From a virus (lineage: Duplodnaviria > Heunggongvirae > Uroviricota > Caudoviricetes): 64,000 bases of DNA. The notes beneath the pieces are model-generated. The model worked only from the letters and a program-made list of their open reading frames with translations. It searched no databases and had not been told where the DNA came from. A program made the translations under genes and the position numbers. Numbering within the stretch: position 1 is the stretch's first letter; every line of letters begins with the position of its first letter. The stretch lies in IMG/VR virus record IMGVR_UViG_3300031088_000793; one strand, written 5' to 3'. This document shows, one piece after another, positions 63,461 to 64,000 of the stretch.

Positions 63461-63846
63461 TTTCCAGTAAAAGTAGCCACCCCAAGGGGCCTCACATTTG
63501 GAACTCTATCACACTACTGAGCGAGTGTGCAACCTCGGAGCGCTCGGTAACCTACCGGGCCTCCGGATGAGCCTCTAGCTACCCAGAGTGGACCTACGAG
63601 GATTCGAGGGATCCACCGAAGCGGGGAAGGACGGAGAGCCCTTCGGAGCCGGTACCGATGCTCCGCCGCGGACCTTTGCCCGCACCGTGAGGAACACTGC
63701 TCCTGCGACGGCTACGAGTAGAAGGATGATGGGTAGTGCGATTTCCAAGAGGAACTCCTTGTGTGTTGTGAATGGATCACCCCTATCACAGCCCGATGCT
63801 GCTGAGGTGGGTTGCTGAGGCGATCCGAGGAGTTGCTCTCAGCGAG

Positions 63847-63944
63847 GCTTAGAGACCGCGCTTCCTTCTGTAGATGAGAAGTGCGACGCCGCCGACTACG
63901 ATGGCTGCCATTGCGATGACGATGATGAGGCTGCTGGTGTCCAT
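63847..63944 (-). CDS. possible 31-aa transmembrane peptide
   Basis: MDTSSLIIVIAMAAIVVGGVALLIYRRKRGL: one hydrophobic helix plus a basic tail. A similar TTG-initiated peptide with an AAGGAG Shine-Dalgarno lies at ~63590-63765 (-). Confidence 0.3.
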
Positions 63945-64000
63945 GGGATTCTCTTTCTGTTTAGGGGAACTGCTCCGGTCACATTATCAACAGAGGTGCC

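Noticed and set aside
63310-63495. 61-aa minus-strand ORF
   Set aside because: It spans the terminator hairpin and the duplicated promoter/leader repeat, has no Shine-Dalgarno, and contains no conserved promoter motif. It is more likely non-coding.

Overview
This is high-GC (~60-63%) actinobacterial-type DNA. I count roughly 95 tightly packed protein-coding genes in the 64 kb window. Every gene except one (5428..5848, +) lies on the minus strand, and 4-nt start/stop overlaps (ATGA/GTGA) are frequent. Most products are ORFans. Recognisable domains include an HNH nuclease, MazG-like pyrophosphohydrolase, membrane fatty-acid desaturase, SprT-like Zn protease, HAD-like hydrolase, ribbon-helix-helix regulator, CDF cation transporter, AAA+ ATPase, GNAT, DUF808 and YitT membrane proteins, SPFH/band-7, a PGPGW membrane protein, a nucleoside 2-deoxyribosyltransferase-like protein, an Lsr2-like DNA-binding domain, BNR/Asp-box repeats, a 2H phosphoesterase, and several lipoproteins and Sec-secreted proteins. 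The window holds many paralog families, including a ~10 kb tandem array of six secreted proteins that share an N-terminal module. A strongly conserved promoter (-35 TTGCGG, 17 nt spacer, -10 TANNNT) recurs in about 16 intergenic regions, often leaderless with the -10 element 6 nt before the ATG. There are several clean hairpin terminators and two unusual non-coding regions: four tandem hairpins presenting a conserved ACGGAUGUGGUG loop, and a duplicated promoter/leader fused to a terminator. One low-GC island carries the HNH gene. No rRNA, tRNA, CRISPR array, integrase or phage structural gene was recognised. Strand-uniform dense packing, repeated promoters, and paralog families lacking housekeeping genes point to a segment of a large actinobacteriophage or other large mobile element rather than core chromosome. 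The sequence does not prove this. Coordinates of short motifs may be off by about 1 nt.
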